From IMG/VR virus record IMGVR_UViG_3300020434_000055: a stretch of 64,000 bases of DNA; one strand, written 5' to 3'. The DNA comes from a virus (lineage: Duplodnaviria > Caudoviricetes). A program made the position numbers and the translations under genes. The notes beneath the pieces were generated by a model. The model saw only the letters and a list, made by a program, of their open reading frames with translations. It had not been told where the DNA came from and searched no databases. This document shows, one piece after another, positions 46,157 to 55,661 of the stretch (position 1 is its first letter; each line of letters opens with the position of its first letter).

Positions 46157-46653
46157 GTATAGACACAATAAATCATAATAGTAATTCTTTTTACAGATTA
46201 CAAGCCGAAGGTTTTGCTTCAAAATTTGCATTTTCATTTGCAAAAGAACTTTGTAAAGGCGAAGGATTAGACATTGGTTGTCATAAAAAGGAATGGGCTT
46301 TACCTGGAGCTACACCTATAGATAAAATATTTGGTGACGAATGGTATGCAGAAAATCTTCCAAACAAAAAATATGATTATATTTTTTCTTCACATTGTTT
46401 AGAACATTTAGATGATTGGGTAGGAGCATTAGATTATTGGACTGAACATTTAAAAACAGGTGGAGTTATGTTTTTATATTTGCCTCATTATGAACAAACA
46501 TATTGGCGACCTTGGAATAATAGAAAACATATTCATATACTAGATCCTAAATATTTAAGAGACTATTTCAAAGCAAGACCTTTTCATAACATATGTGTAA
46601 CTGATGGATACGATTTAAATTATTCTTTTTACGCTATAGCGGAGAAAAAATAA
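46153..46653 (+). CDS. Class I SAM-dependent methyltransferase
   Basis: GLDIGC, YDYIFSSHCLEHL, LKTGGVMFLYLP. Confidence 0.85.
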   Translation: MSIDTINHNSNSFYRLQAEGFASKFAFSFAKELCKGEGLDIGCHKKEWALPGATPIDKIFGDEWYAENLPNKKYDYIFSSHCLEHLDDWVGALDYWTEHLKTGGVMFLYLPHYEQTYWRPWNNRKHIHILDPKYLRDYFKARPFHNICVTDGYDLNYSFYAIAEKK

Positions 46654-47225
46654 TGATGTTCGGTAAAAATCCAGGTACAGATAAAACCTGGATAAGAATT
46701 CCTAAAGATAGCATTGGTGCAGAATTAGGTGTATGGCGAGGAGATAGTTCTGTAAAATTTCTAAACAATGCAAAACACATACATTTAGTAGATAGTTGGA
46801 GTACTATACCATATGAAAACTCTGATGAATTTGGTAATTACCAAGCCTATCTTGATAGATATTCTATACTTGTAAAGTCTAATAATCCAGAAGATTTTCA
46901 AAAATACTATGACAAAATTTATAATAGTGTTGTTAAAAGATTTAAAAATAGTCCTGTAACAATTTATCGTATGTCAACTAAAGAATGGTTTGAAAGTTTT
47001 AAAGAAAAATTAGATTGGATATATGTAGACGCTAGTCATAGCTTTGAAGGTTGTTATTATGATTTAATTAATGCTGTAAAATTTATTAAGCCAGGAGGAA
47101 CTTTATTTGGTGATGATTATGGAGATAAAAAACCAAATGTAAAAAAAGCCGTAGATAAGTTTATTGCTGATACAGGTTATGAATTTAATAATTTTCATTT
47201 AGATCAATTTGAGGTAAAGATATAA
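46653..47225 (+). CDS. Class I SAM-dependent methyltransferase (Methyltransf_24-like)
   Basis: GAELGVWRG, LVDSW, LDWIYVDASHS, IKPGGTLFGDDY. Confidence 0.85.
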   Translation: MMFGKNPGTDKTWIRIPKDSIGAELGVWRGDSSVKFLNNAKHIHLVDSWSTIPYENSDEFGNYQAYLDRYSILVKSNNPEDFQKYYDKIYNSVVKRFKNSPVTIYRMSTKEWFESFKEKLDWIYVDASHSFEGCYYDLINAVKFIKPGGTLFGDDYGDKKPNVKKAVDKFIADTGYEFNNFHLDQFEVKI

Positions 47226-47770
47226 TGCACCCTACGTCAATGGAAAATATGCGTTTAGCAAAAACAAAAATACCTGATCTAGGAAATAATATAACAATAG
47301 TAGATGTAGGTGGTAGAGGAACAAAACAAATACCTGTTAGATCTTATCAAAAAGTTTTTAAAGACGTATACAAACATTATTACGTTGCTGACATCAATGA
47401 AGGTCCTGGTGTTACTCACATTATGCCAGAACAATACAAATTACCATTTGCAGATAATTCAATAGATTTAGTAGTATCTGGGCAAACATTAGAACACGTA
47501 AGGAACCCTTTTAAAATGATGACTGAAATAAAAAGAATTATAAAACCAAATAGATATATGATAATAATAGCACCAAGCACAGGACCAAATCATGATGATA
47601 TAGATTGTTGGCGTTTCATGGCTAACAGTTTTGAATCAATAGCTCAGGAATGTAATATTAAATTTATTGAATCTTGGATAACAAATGATGCTGTTTGTGA
47701 TAAAAAAAGTTATAGATTTGAAAGTAGACGAAATATTTGGTCAGATCATACATTCATAGGACAAAAATAA
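47225..47770 (+). CDS. Class I SAM-dependent methyltransferase
   Basis: IVDVGG, DLVVSGQTLEHVRNPF, IKPNRYMIIIAP, DCWRF. Confidence 0.8.
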   Translation: MHPTSMENMRLAKTKIPDLGNNITIVDVGGRGTKQIPVRSYQKVFKDVYKHYYVADINEGPGVTHIMPEQYKLPFADNSIDLVVSGQTLEHVRNPFKMMTEIKRIIKPNRYMIIIAPSTGPNHDDIDCWRFMANSFESIAQECNIKFIESWITNDAVCDKKSYRFESRRNIWSDHTFIGQK

Positions 47771-48471
47771 TGACAATGTCAAACAAAGATGCGGCGGAAT
47801 GGCAAAAACAATTAGACAAATTACAAATGTCTACTTTAAATGAATTGTTTTTAAAACATAAATGCCTTAAAGGTATAGACCTAAAATATGATGAAATTTA
47901 TGAAGCTGACTTTAAAAAATTAAGAAATGAACCAATTAATATATTAGAAATAGGTGTAGATCAAGGACGAAGTATAGCTGTTTGGTTAGATTATTTTCCT
48001 AATGCTAAAATTTATGCTATAGATATTTTTACAAGAATGCATGAATCTCGTATTAAATCTCTTAAAGACAACAGAGTACAATATTTAAAAATAGACAGCA
48101 CTCACCCAGATGTACACAATCAAGTTGCACAATGGAAAACTGAATTTGATATTGTAATAGATGATGGTAGACATACTCCCGAAGCAAATGCATTAACATT
48201 TAAAAGCATTGCTCCTTTTTTAAAACCAAATGGCATATATTACATAGAAGATATTTGGCCTATAGATCAAATGACTAAATCAGATCTTAAAAATTTAGGA
48301 TTTGATTTTAAAAAACAAATAGCTTGGGCTCAAAAATATCGTAAAGGAGAATTTACAGAGAACAAATGGAAAATGTTTATTAATACACTTAAAGGATATA
48401 AAATAAAAAAGTTCGACAATAGAAAAAAATGTAAACTATTAGATAGTTACATTTATAAAATTACAAAATGA
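47770..48471 (+). CDS. Sugar O-methyltransferase-like (class I SAM)
   Basis: ILEIGVDQG.S..VW.DYFPNA.IYAIDI, FDIVIDDGRH, LKPNGIYYIEDI. Start 47770 (TAATG overlap) preferred. Confidence 0.8.
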   Translation: MTMSNKDAAEWQKQLDKLQMSTLNELFLKHKCLKGIDLKYDEIYEADFKKLRNEPINILEIGVDQGRSIAVWLDYFPNAKIYAIDIFTRMHESRIKSLKDNRVQYLKIDSTHPDVHNQVAQWKTEFDIVIDDGRHTPEANALTFKSIAPFLKPNGIYYIEDIWPIDQMTKSDLKNLGFDFKKQIAWAQKYRKGEFTENKWKMFINTLKGYKIKKFDNRKKCKLLDSYIYKITK

Positions 48472-49136
48472 AAGCATTTATAATAACAATTTTTGACAAT
48501 GAAGATAGTGTTGCTTATAGTAATAATGTTATTAAATCAATTAAAGAAACAAATTCTGATTTAGAACCTATTGTTTATCCAGCTGTCACTCCAGCAACAA
48601 TGTGGAAAGTTGATTGGACATGGCCCTGGCATAAAAAGAAAATTTGTGAAAAAACAAAATTATTATTAAAACCATATAAAACGTATGATATGTATAAAAG
48701 AATTGCCGCGGCAGGTAGCCATTATGCTTTATGGAACAAATGTGTTAAATTAAATGAACCAATAGTAATTTGTGAACATGATGCATACTTTACTAGAAAA
48801 TTTACACCATTTGATTTTGAAGGAGGTTGTTTAGGATTAAATGATCCTGCAAAAGCTACACCAAAAGCAGAACTTTTTCATGACACATTAAAAAATTTAG
48901 GTGAAGGAATACACGAAGCACCTTGGGTAATGAAAAAAGAAATACCACAAGGAATGGCAGGTAATAGTACGTTTGTTATAAAACCATGGGCCGCAAAAGA
49001 AATAATTAAAGCACAAGACGAAATTGGTTGGTGGCCTAATGATGCCATAACTTGTAAACAACTTTTTCCATGGATTAAAGTCGCATATCCATATTATTCG
49101 AAAGTACAAAACATCAAATCAACTACATCATTATAA
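48468..49136 (+). CDS. Glycosyltransferase family 25-like
   Basis: IAAAGSHYALWNKC...IVICEHDAYF...GNSTFVIKPWAAK...PND. Confidence 0.7.
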   Translation: MKAFIITIFDNEDSVAYSNNVIKSIKETNSDLEPIVYPAVTPATMWKVDWTWPWHKKKICEKTKLLLKPYKTYDMYKRIAAAGSHYALWNKCVKLNEPIVICEHDAYFTRKFTPFDFEGGCLGLNDPAKATPKAELFHDTLKNLGEGIHEAPWVMKKEIPQGMAGNSTFVIKPWAAKEIIKAQDEIGWWPNDAITCKQLFPWIKVAYPYYSKVQNIKSTTSL

Positions 49137-49163
49137 AACTGGTTAATAAATATTGGTAATCCA

Positions 49164-49886
49164 ATGAGAATATTATTAACAGGTCATAAAGGTTTTATAG
49201 GTTCAGCTCTTTATAAAAGATTAGAAGAAAAAAATCATAAAATTTTTGGTATAGATACTAAAGCAAATTCAAACATTTTTACGGCAGAACTTCCGGAAGT
49301 TGATTTAGTTATTCATTTAGCCGCCATAGGTGGGGTAAGAGAATCATTGGCAGATCCTAAAAAATATTGGTCGGTTAATGTTGAAGGAACTAAAAGAATT
49401 ATAGAACATTATCAAAATACAAGAGTGTTATATGCTGGATCAAGTTCACAATATGAACCACATTTAAATCCTTATGCCGCTAGTAAAAATGCAATTGAAT
49501 ATATTCCTCATCCTAATTCTGTTGTAATGAGATTTCATACAGTTTATTCTGATACACCAAGATTTAATATGTTTTTTGACAAGTTATTAAATGGAAAATT
49601 AGAATATGTAACTAATCATAAAAGGGATTTCCTTCATATTGAAGACTTATGTGATGCAATACTAACTATTATTGACAATCCTTTTTTTAAAGGTCCCGTA
49701 GATATAGGCACAGGACAAAGTGTTAGGATACGAGATATAGCACCTAATTTACCAGTAAAAGAAATTACTTTAGGAGAAAGACTAGAAACATTAGCTGACA
49801 TTAGTAAAATGAAACAATTAGGATGGTCACCTAAATGGACAGTACAAAAATTTTTAACACAACAGGGATTTGATGTAAAATTATGA
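49164..49886 (+). CDS. NAD-dependent epimerase/dehydratase (extended SDR)
   Basis: TGHKGFIGS, VIHLAA, NVEGT, SSS.Y, PYAASK, RDFLHIEDL, DIGTG. Confidence 0.88.
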   Translation: MRILLTGHKGFIGSALYKRLEEKNHKIFGIDTKANSNIFTAELPEVDLVIHLAAIGGVRESLADPKKYWSVNVEGTKRIIEHYQNTRVLYAGSSSQYEPHLNPYAASKNAIEYIPHPNSVVMRFHTVYSDTPRFNMFFDKLLNGKLEYVTNHKRDFLHIEDLCDAILTIIDNPFFKGPVDIGTGQSVRIRDIAPNLPVKEITLGERLETLADISKMKQLGWSPKWTVQKFLTQQGFDVKL

Positions 49887-50233
49887 AAGCAGGAAAAATT
49901 TGGGGACAAACAGAATTAATACACGCAAATGGTGTATTAGAATTTCATAGAATAGATTTTAAAGCAGGTGGAGTTTGTTCTAAACACAAACACAAATATA
50001 AATGGAATGGCTTTTATGTTGTTTCAGGCAAAATGATTGTAAGAGTTTGGAAAGATGATCAAGGACTAGTAGATGAAACATTATTAAATGCTGGTGACTG
50101 GACAAGAATTAAACCAGGAGAATATCATCAATTTGAAGGAGTAGAAGATGGTATTGCTTTTGAATTATACTGGGCACAATTTGATCATGATGATATAGAA
50201 AGAGAATATTCCGGGTCTAAAAAAAATGATTAA
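49883..50233 (+). CDS. Cupin-fold protein
   Basis: KIWG...CSKHKHKYKWNGFYV...IKPGEYHQF. Confidence 0.7.
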   Translation: MKAGKIWGQTELIHANGVLEFHRIDFKAGGVCSKHKHKYKWNGFYVVSGKMIVRVWKDDQGLVDETLLNAGDWTRIKPGEYHQFEGVEDGIAFELYWAQFDHDDIEREYSGSKKND

Positions 50234-50903
50234 TGTTTTTATAGGATATGATAACAAAGAAAAAGTAGCGTTCAATGTACTATCGTATAGTATAATAAAA
50301 AATAGTACTAGACCTGTTGCTATTACTCCAGTTAATTTACAAAATATAAAAGATAACTTTACTAGAGAACGTAGTAATATAGAATCAACTGAATTTAGTT
50401 TTAGTAGATTTATAGTACCTCACCTTATGAATTATAAGGGGTGGGCATTGTTTATGGATTGTGACCAGTTAATGTTAACAGATATTGCTGAGTTATGGAG
50501 ATTAAGAGATGAACGTTATGCTGTACAAGTATGTAAGCACGATTATGTACCTAGAAAAGAACAGAAATTTTTAGGACAAGTACAAACAAAATATGAAAAG
50601 AAAAATTGGTCAAGTTTTATGTTAATGAATTGTGATAAATGTACAGCACTGACTCCTGATTATGTTAATAATGCAACAGGATTACAATTACATCAATTTA
50701 AATGGTTAGCAGATGAAAGTCTAATAGGTGATTTACCTTTAGAATGGAATTGGTTAGTTGGAGAATATGAAAAGAAAGATGATGTTAATAATGTTCATTT
50801 TACAGAAGGTGGACCTTGGTTTGTAGATTATTTGCATTGTGATTATGCAGACGAATGGCAAAAATTAAAACAAGAAACAACACAAACTAATTTAATAAAA
50901 TAG
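50226..50903 (+). CDS. GT-A glycosyltransferase (GT8-related)
   Basis: VFIGYD, STEFSFSRF..P, ALFMDCD, KNWSSFML, LPLEWNWLVG, HFTEGGPWF. Confidence 0.8.
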   Translation: MINVFIGYDNKEKVAFNVLSYSIIKNSTRPVAITPVNLQNIKDNFTRERSNIESTEFSFSRFIVPHLMNYKGWALFMDCDQLMLTDIAELWRLRDERYAVQVCKHDYVPRKEQKFLGQVQTKYEKKNWSSFMLMNCDKCTALTPDYVNNATGLQLHQFKWLADESLIGDLPLEWNWLVGEYEKKDDVNNVHFTEGGPWFVDYLHCDYADEWQKLKQETTQTNLIK

Positions 50904-50910
50904 GAATCAA

Positions 50911-51729
50911 ATGGCAAGATGGTACGCAGTTGATCATAAAGATGAAATCTTAAAAAATTGGATGGCGGGTATTAAACACGTTGTTGCAGAGCCATCTGAA
51001 TATAATCATTGGGATCATATAAAAGGTACCTCTATAGAAAATCCTGTATCCATTAGAGGAATGACCAATCATAAAATTATTCGTAATTGTTGGGCAACAA
51101 AAAGAGATTTTTATTACGTAGATACAGGATACATAGGTAATAATAAAAAAAGAAAAGAATGGCATAGAGTAGTTCTTAATAATGTTCAACATCGAAAAGT
51201 TATTGATGTTCCTTCTGACAGATTTGATTGGCTCTTTATGCATGATCCTGAACTTAAATTTCCCGGTTGGAGGAAGGACGGTCGAGCAATATTACTTGTA
51301 ACGCCTAGTCCTAAACCGTGTAGATTCTATAATGTAGACCGAGATAAATGGGTAGAAGATACTGTGAATACATTAAAGAAATATACAGATAGAGAAATTA
51401 TTATTAGAGAAAAAGTGGAAAGACGTTTAAGAGTAGGTACAGGTCACATATATACTCAAATAAGAAATGATGACATTTATGCTTTGGTCACTTATCAATC
51501 TATAGGAGCTATAGAAGGAATAATAAGAGGCGTTCCAGCATTTACTAGTGCTCCTACAGCCGCTGATTCTGTAAGCAATAAAGATTTAACAAAAATAGAA
51601 ACACCTTGGTATCCTGACGAAGAACAAATATATAAATGGCAAAAATGGTTAGCATATTGTCAATATACTTCTGCAGAATTATCAAATGGTAATGCATTAA
51701 GATTTATAAAAGACAAGGGATTAAAATAA
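50911..51729 (+). CDS. GT-B protein, capsule-biosynthesis (KpsS/KpsC)-like, copy 1
   Basis: YYVDTGY...W...G..ILLV.PS...REIIIREK...ALVTYQSIGAIEGIIRGVPAF...W...LAYCQYT..E. Confidence 0.5.
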   Translation: MARWYAVDHKDEILKNWMAGIKHVVAEPSEYNHWDHIKGTSIENPVSIRGMTNHKIIRNCWATKRDFYYVDTGYIGNNKKRKEWHRVVLNNVQHRKVIDVPSDRFDWLFMHDPELKFPGWRKDGRAILLVTPSPKPCRFYNVDRDKWVEDTVNTLKKYTDREIIIREKVERRLRVGTGHIYTQIRNDDIYALVTYQSIGAIEGIIRGVPAFTSAPTAADSVSNKDLTKIETPWYPDEEQIYKWQKWLAYCQYTSAELSNGNALRFIKDKGLK

Positions 51730-52682
51730 TGTTAAGAGTAGTTGCATATATGAGAGTAATACCGCCTGGAAATAAAAATCCACAAAAGCCTTTAATTATT
51801 AAAAATTTTATAGAAGGAGTAAACAGAGCAGGCGATCAAGGGCTAGTTATAAACTCATGGCAAATTGTAAATGCTGATGTATCAGTAATACAAGGTTTTG
51901 TACATAAAGATTCTAAACAAACACGACATTTACTTTTAAGAAAAAATGTTTATGAAAATCAAATAAAATTAAAGAAAAAATGTTTAATTGTTGATAGTAG
52001 TTTATTTTTATGGGCAGATCCTAAACAAGAAAAAACATATTTAAGATATGGCTTTAATGGAATTTTTCCAAATACAGCAGAATATTGTAATGAAACTCCT
52101 GATCCTGCGAGGTGGGAAAAAATTAAAAAAGATCTTAATGTAGATCTTAAACCTTGGAGAATTAATAAAAATGCAGGAGATTGGATTTTAATTTGTTGCC
52201 AACGAGATGGTGGTTGGAGTATGGATGGTACGCCAGTAATGCAATGGCTAACAGATGTTATTAGAAAAATTCGAAAATATTCTGGTAGAAGAATTAAAGT
52301 AAGATTTCACCCAGGGGACAAAAATACAGGACAACATCACCAACAAATAAGAAAATGGATAACGACAAATAGTAAAGATTATAGTAATGTTGGAATTAGT
52401 ACTTCAAAAGATATAAGAGATGAATATGCCGGTGCCTGTGCAGTTGTAGGTCATAACTCAAGTCCAACTGTATCTAGTGTTATAGAAGGAATACCTACTT
52501 TTGTAACTGATCCATTACGTGCTCAGTCATCTCCAGTTGCACATCATTCATTTGAATTTATAGAAAAACCTAAAGAATTTGATAGAACAGTATGGGTACA
52601 ACGAATGGCACAAATACATTGGACTTTAAATGAATTAAGAGATGGTACTGCTTGGAGACATTTAAGGAAATGGGTTAAATGA
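51729..52682 (+). CDS. GT-B protein, capsule-biosynthesis (KpsS/KpsC)-like, copy 2
   Basis: PWR...ILICCQ.DGGWS...IKVRFHPG...AVVGHNSSPTVSSVIEGIPTF...W...HW...E...G.AW. Confidence 0.5.
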   Translation: MLRVVAYMRVIPPGNKNPQKPLIIKNFIEGVNRAGDQGLVINSWQIVNADVSVIQGFVHKDSKQTRHLLLRKNVYENQIKLKKKCLIVDSSLFLWADPKQEKTYLRYGFNGIFPNTAEYCNETPDPARWEKIKKDLNVDLKPWRINKNAGDWILICCQRDGGWSMDGTPVMQWLTDVIRKIRKYSGRRIKVRFHPGDKNTGQHHQQIRKWITTNSKDYSNVGISTSKDIRDEYAGACAVVGHNSSPTVSSVIEGIPTFVTDPLRAQSSPVAHHSFEFIEKPKEFDRTVWVQRMAQIHWTLNELRDGTAWRHLRKWVK

Positions 52683-53518
52683 AAAATTATACAGTAGTAA
52701 CTACCTTTAATAAAAAAGGAATGGATTTATATGGACAAAAATTTATAAATTCTTTTAATAAAAATGTGGATGAAAGTATACCTTTAATAGTATATGCAGA
52801 AAATTGTAATCCAACAGGAGATAGTAGAACAACAATTTATAAGAGTGAAGTTATAACAGATTTAATGGCATTCAAAAATAAATGGAAAGATGTTCCTAAA
52901 GCAAATGGTATATGTCCTTTTCCTGAAAAGCGTCCACGAGATCATCATAAAAAATTTAAATGGGACGCTATAAGATTTTCAAATAAAGTTTATTCAGTAC
53001 TTCATGCTACAGAAGATAACACCCGCGATTGGGTAATATGGATGGATGCTGATATTGTTGTACATAGTATTTGGCCTATACAAGACTTTCTAAAATTATT
53101 CCCTGATGACAAATGGTTAACATATGTGGGTAGAGGACCAGGTTCACAAACTTGGCCTGAGTGTGGATTTTATGGAATGAATTTAAAACAACCTGCTTGT
53201 TTAGAATTTTTAAAAGAATTTAAACGTGTTTATGACGATCCTGAAAATGGTATTTTTTTATTATCAGAATGGCATGACTCTTTTGTTTTTGGAAAACTAT
53301 TAAATGATGCAAAACAACGTAATGCTAATGTGCTAGATTATAGTAAAAACATATACAACAGGACCGCAAAGACGGGCGGAGGCGGGCATCCATTCATTAA
53401 TTGCGTATTGGGTACATGGCTAGATCATTTAAAAGGTGATTCCAGAAAACAAAAAGGAACTAGTTTAAAAACAGATTTAATGAGACAAAGATCTGAAAAT
53501 TATTGGAAAACAATATGA
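52679..53518 (+). CDS. GT-A-like nucleotide-diphospho-sugar transferase
   Basis: VVTTF, WDAIRFSNKV, VIWMDADI (DxD), PECGF, EWHDSFVF, DHLKG. Confidence 0.65.
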   Translation: MKNYTVVTTFNKKGMDLYGQKFINSFNKNVDESIPLIVYAENCNPTGDSRTTIYKSEVITDLMAFKNKWKDVPKANGICPFPEKRPRDHHKKFKWDAIRFSNKVYSVLHATEDNTRDWVIWMDADIVVHSIWPIQDFLKLFPDDKWLTYVGRGPGSQTWPECGFYGMNLKQPACLEFLKEFKRVYDDPENGIFLLSEWHDSFVFGKLLNDAKQRNANVLDYSKNIYNRTAKTGGGGHPFINCVLGTWLDHLKGDSRKQKGTSLKTDLMRQRSENYWKTI

Positions 53519-54354
53519 AATTTGGCGTGTTTACAGAAAACGGATCTTTAAATAGTCTTCCCGTTTTTAACTCAGTTATAAATGGTTTATTAAAACAAGG
53601 ACATGAAGTAGTTCAAAATTCTATGGACGTAGATGTACCTGTTATATGGTCATTACTCTGGCACGGTCGTATGGCTCCAAATAAAACAATATGGGAAACT
53701 TTTCATTCACAAAATAAAAAAGTATTAGTAATAGAAGTTGGAAACATTAAAAGAAATCATACATGGAAAGTTGGTATAGATGGAATAAATCGAAAAGCAG
53801 ATTTTGGTCCAAAAAATAATGGACCAGATAGAGTAAACAAATTTAATTTAAAATATCTTCCTTGGAGAGAAAAAGGTGAACATATAATATTATGTGTTCA
53901 ACATGATAAAAGTGAACAATGGAAAAATATGCCACCTTTAAATCAATACATACACGAAACTATATGGGAAATAAGAAAATATACAAAAAGAAAAATAATA
54001 ATTAGGACCCATCCTAGATGTCCAGTTAAAATAAATTTAAGAGATGAAAAAGATGTAGGTATGCAGATGCCTAAATTAATTAAAGATAGTTATGATGATT
54101 TTGATTTAGATTTAAAAAATTGTTGGGCCGTAGTTAGTTGGAGTAGTAACCCAGGTCCTACAGCAATTCTTAATGGAATACCAGCATTTGTAGGAGAGCA
54201 GAGTCTTGCATATGACGTAGGAAACACTGATCTCGCCCACATAGAAGACCCTAAAATGCCCGACAGGCAACAATGGCTACAAGATTACGCATATACAGAG
54301 TGGACAACCAACGAAATAGCAGAAGGATTACCGTTTGAACGATTGACTTTTTGA
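53503..54354 (+). CDS. GT-B protein, capsule-biosynthesis (KpsS/KpsC)-like, copy 3
   Basis: LPWR..G.HIILCVQ...IIIRTHPR...AVVSWSSNPGPTAILNGIPAF...W...Y.EW...E...G. Confidence 0.5.
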   Translation: MENNMKFGVFTENGSLNSLPVFNSVINGLLKQGHEVVQNSMDVDVPVIWSLLWHGRMAPNKTIWETFHSQNKKVLVIEVGNIKRNHTWKVGIDGINRKADFGPKNNGPDRVNKFNLKYLPWREKGEHIILCVQHDKSEQWKNMPPLNQYIHETIWEIRKYTKRKIIIRTHPRCPVKINLRDEKDVGMQMPKLIKDSYDDFDLDLKNCWAVVSWSSNPGPTAILNGIPAFVGEQSLAYDVGNTDLAHIEDPKMPDRQQWLQDYAYTEWTTNEIAEGLPFERLTF

Positions 54355-54371
54355 CAATACCAAAGTATAAT
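54343..54371 (+). promoter_or_regulatory. Sigma70-type promoter
   Basis: TTGACT-17 nt-TATAAT, then 6 nt to ATG 54378. Confidence 0.75.
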
Positions 54372-54377
54372 ATAGGT

Positions 54378-55661
54378 ATGCAAAAAATCACAATAGAAGA
54401 GTGTTTAGAGATGATCGTAGGGTTGGGCGAAGAAGCCATAAACCCACCTTTTATATTGTTAAACAAGGACAAAAAAATACTAACTGATATTGCTAAAAAG
54501 GTTTATCGAGGAACAGCATTAACTGATAGACAATATGCTGTAATAAAAAAGCTTCTAGTTAATAATTATTCTACCCAATTTAAAAACAGAAAAATTGACA
54601 TTCACGTATCATCTACGATGTTGCGTAAAACATTACGACAAATAGATAGAAGTTCTTATATTAAAATTGGAAAATACAAAGACCATATATACAATCCTTT
54701 TGGATATGATACTTATAACGTAGATAAAGTTATTATAGTAAGATTTCCATTTAATATAGTTCTTAGTAAACTTATAGGAGAAATTAAAAAACTTTTTCCT
54801 TTACAAAGTTATTCTTCTAAAAGAAATGATAAAAACAAATATATATTTCCTTATACAGAACGCATAGCTTATAAAATAATTGATAGGTTTAAAAATAAAA
54901 TAAAAGATATAGATCCTTTATTATTAGAAATTCACAAACAATGTGAAGAAATAGATATTAATAAAGAAAAATATCTTCCTGGAATTTATGATTATAAAAT
55001 AAAATATTGTTCACCTAAAATATCTCAATTCTATACAGAAAAATTTGGTAACCCAGATTTAAGTAATCTTTATTTGTATAAAGATAGAAGTGAATATCTT
55101 GGATTAAAACATTTTAATAATGCACATCTTGAAGAATCATTAAAGCCATTAGATGATTATACACAAAAAATTGTTATGCGTAAAACGTCAGTAATTACTT
55201 GTGATAAGAAAAAATGGAACCCTTTCCAAATAATTAAGACAATGTTTACTTTAAAAAGACTTCCTTTATTAATTGTTTTACCTGTATTTCCTAAACAAAG
55301 TCCTATTAATAATTTAATTCAATCCTTTAATATTTTAAAGAATTTTGTCAATCCAAAAGACATTTCGGTTTTGTTTAGATTAGAAAACGTTAACGATGGT
55401 ATCGCATTTAACGAATTTGTACGAGATAATGGTCTCAATAATAAACTTGCAAATAATACAAAAATAGTGTACATTAATAATAAAAAGATTCCAAAACCTT
55501 TATTGAAATCTAGCTGGAGACCTGAAGGAGTATTATGTCTAGATACTACAAGGAATTACAGCAAAGTAAATCAGTTTGAGGAAGAATTTGATTTGGTTAT
55601 TCAATATAGTAGCGAGGAACATACTCCTTGGAATCCTTATTTTGTTGTAGAAAGCATATGA
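54378..55661 (+). CDS. Hypothetical protein upstream of helicase
   Basis: Long Lys/Ile-rich ORF. ATG 54378 is preferred because the track's TTG start lies inside the promoter. ATGA overlap with the helicase. Confidence 0.55.
   Translation: MQKITIEECLEMIVGLGEEAINPPFILLNKDKKILTDIAKKVYRGTALTDRQYAVIKKLLVNNYSTQFKNRKIDIHVSSTMLRKTLRQIDRSSYIKIGKYKDHIYNPFGYDTYNVDKVIIVRFPFNIVLSKLIGEIKKLFPLQSYSSKRNDKNKYIFPYTERIAYKIIDRFKNKIKDIDPLLLEIHKQCEEIDINKEKYLPGIYDYKIKYCSPKISQFYTEKFGNPDLSNLYLYKDRSEYLGLKHFNNAHLEESLKPLDDYTQKIVMRKTSVITCDKKKWNPFQIIKTMFTLKRLPLLIVLPVFPKQSPINNLIQSFNILKNFVNPKDISVLFRLENVNDGIAFNEFVRDNGLNNKLANNTKIVYINNKKIPKPLLKSSWRPEGVLCLDTTRNYSKVNQFEEEFDLVIQYSSEEHTPWNPYFVVESI

Noticed and set aside
42616-54354. 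Bacterial LPS/capsule locus (host chromosome or chimeric assembly)
   Set aside because: It is flanked seamlessly by phage uvsY and uvsW blocks, shares their composition and TAAATA motifs, and lacks transport or housekeeping genes. A chimera cannot be fully excluded without reads.
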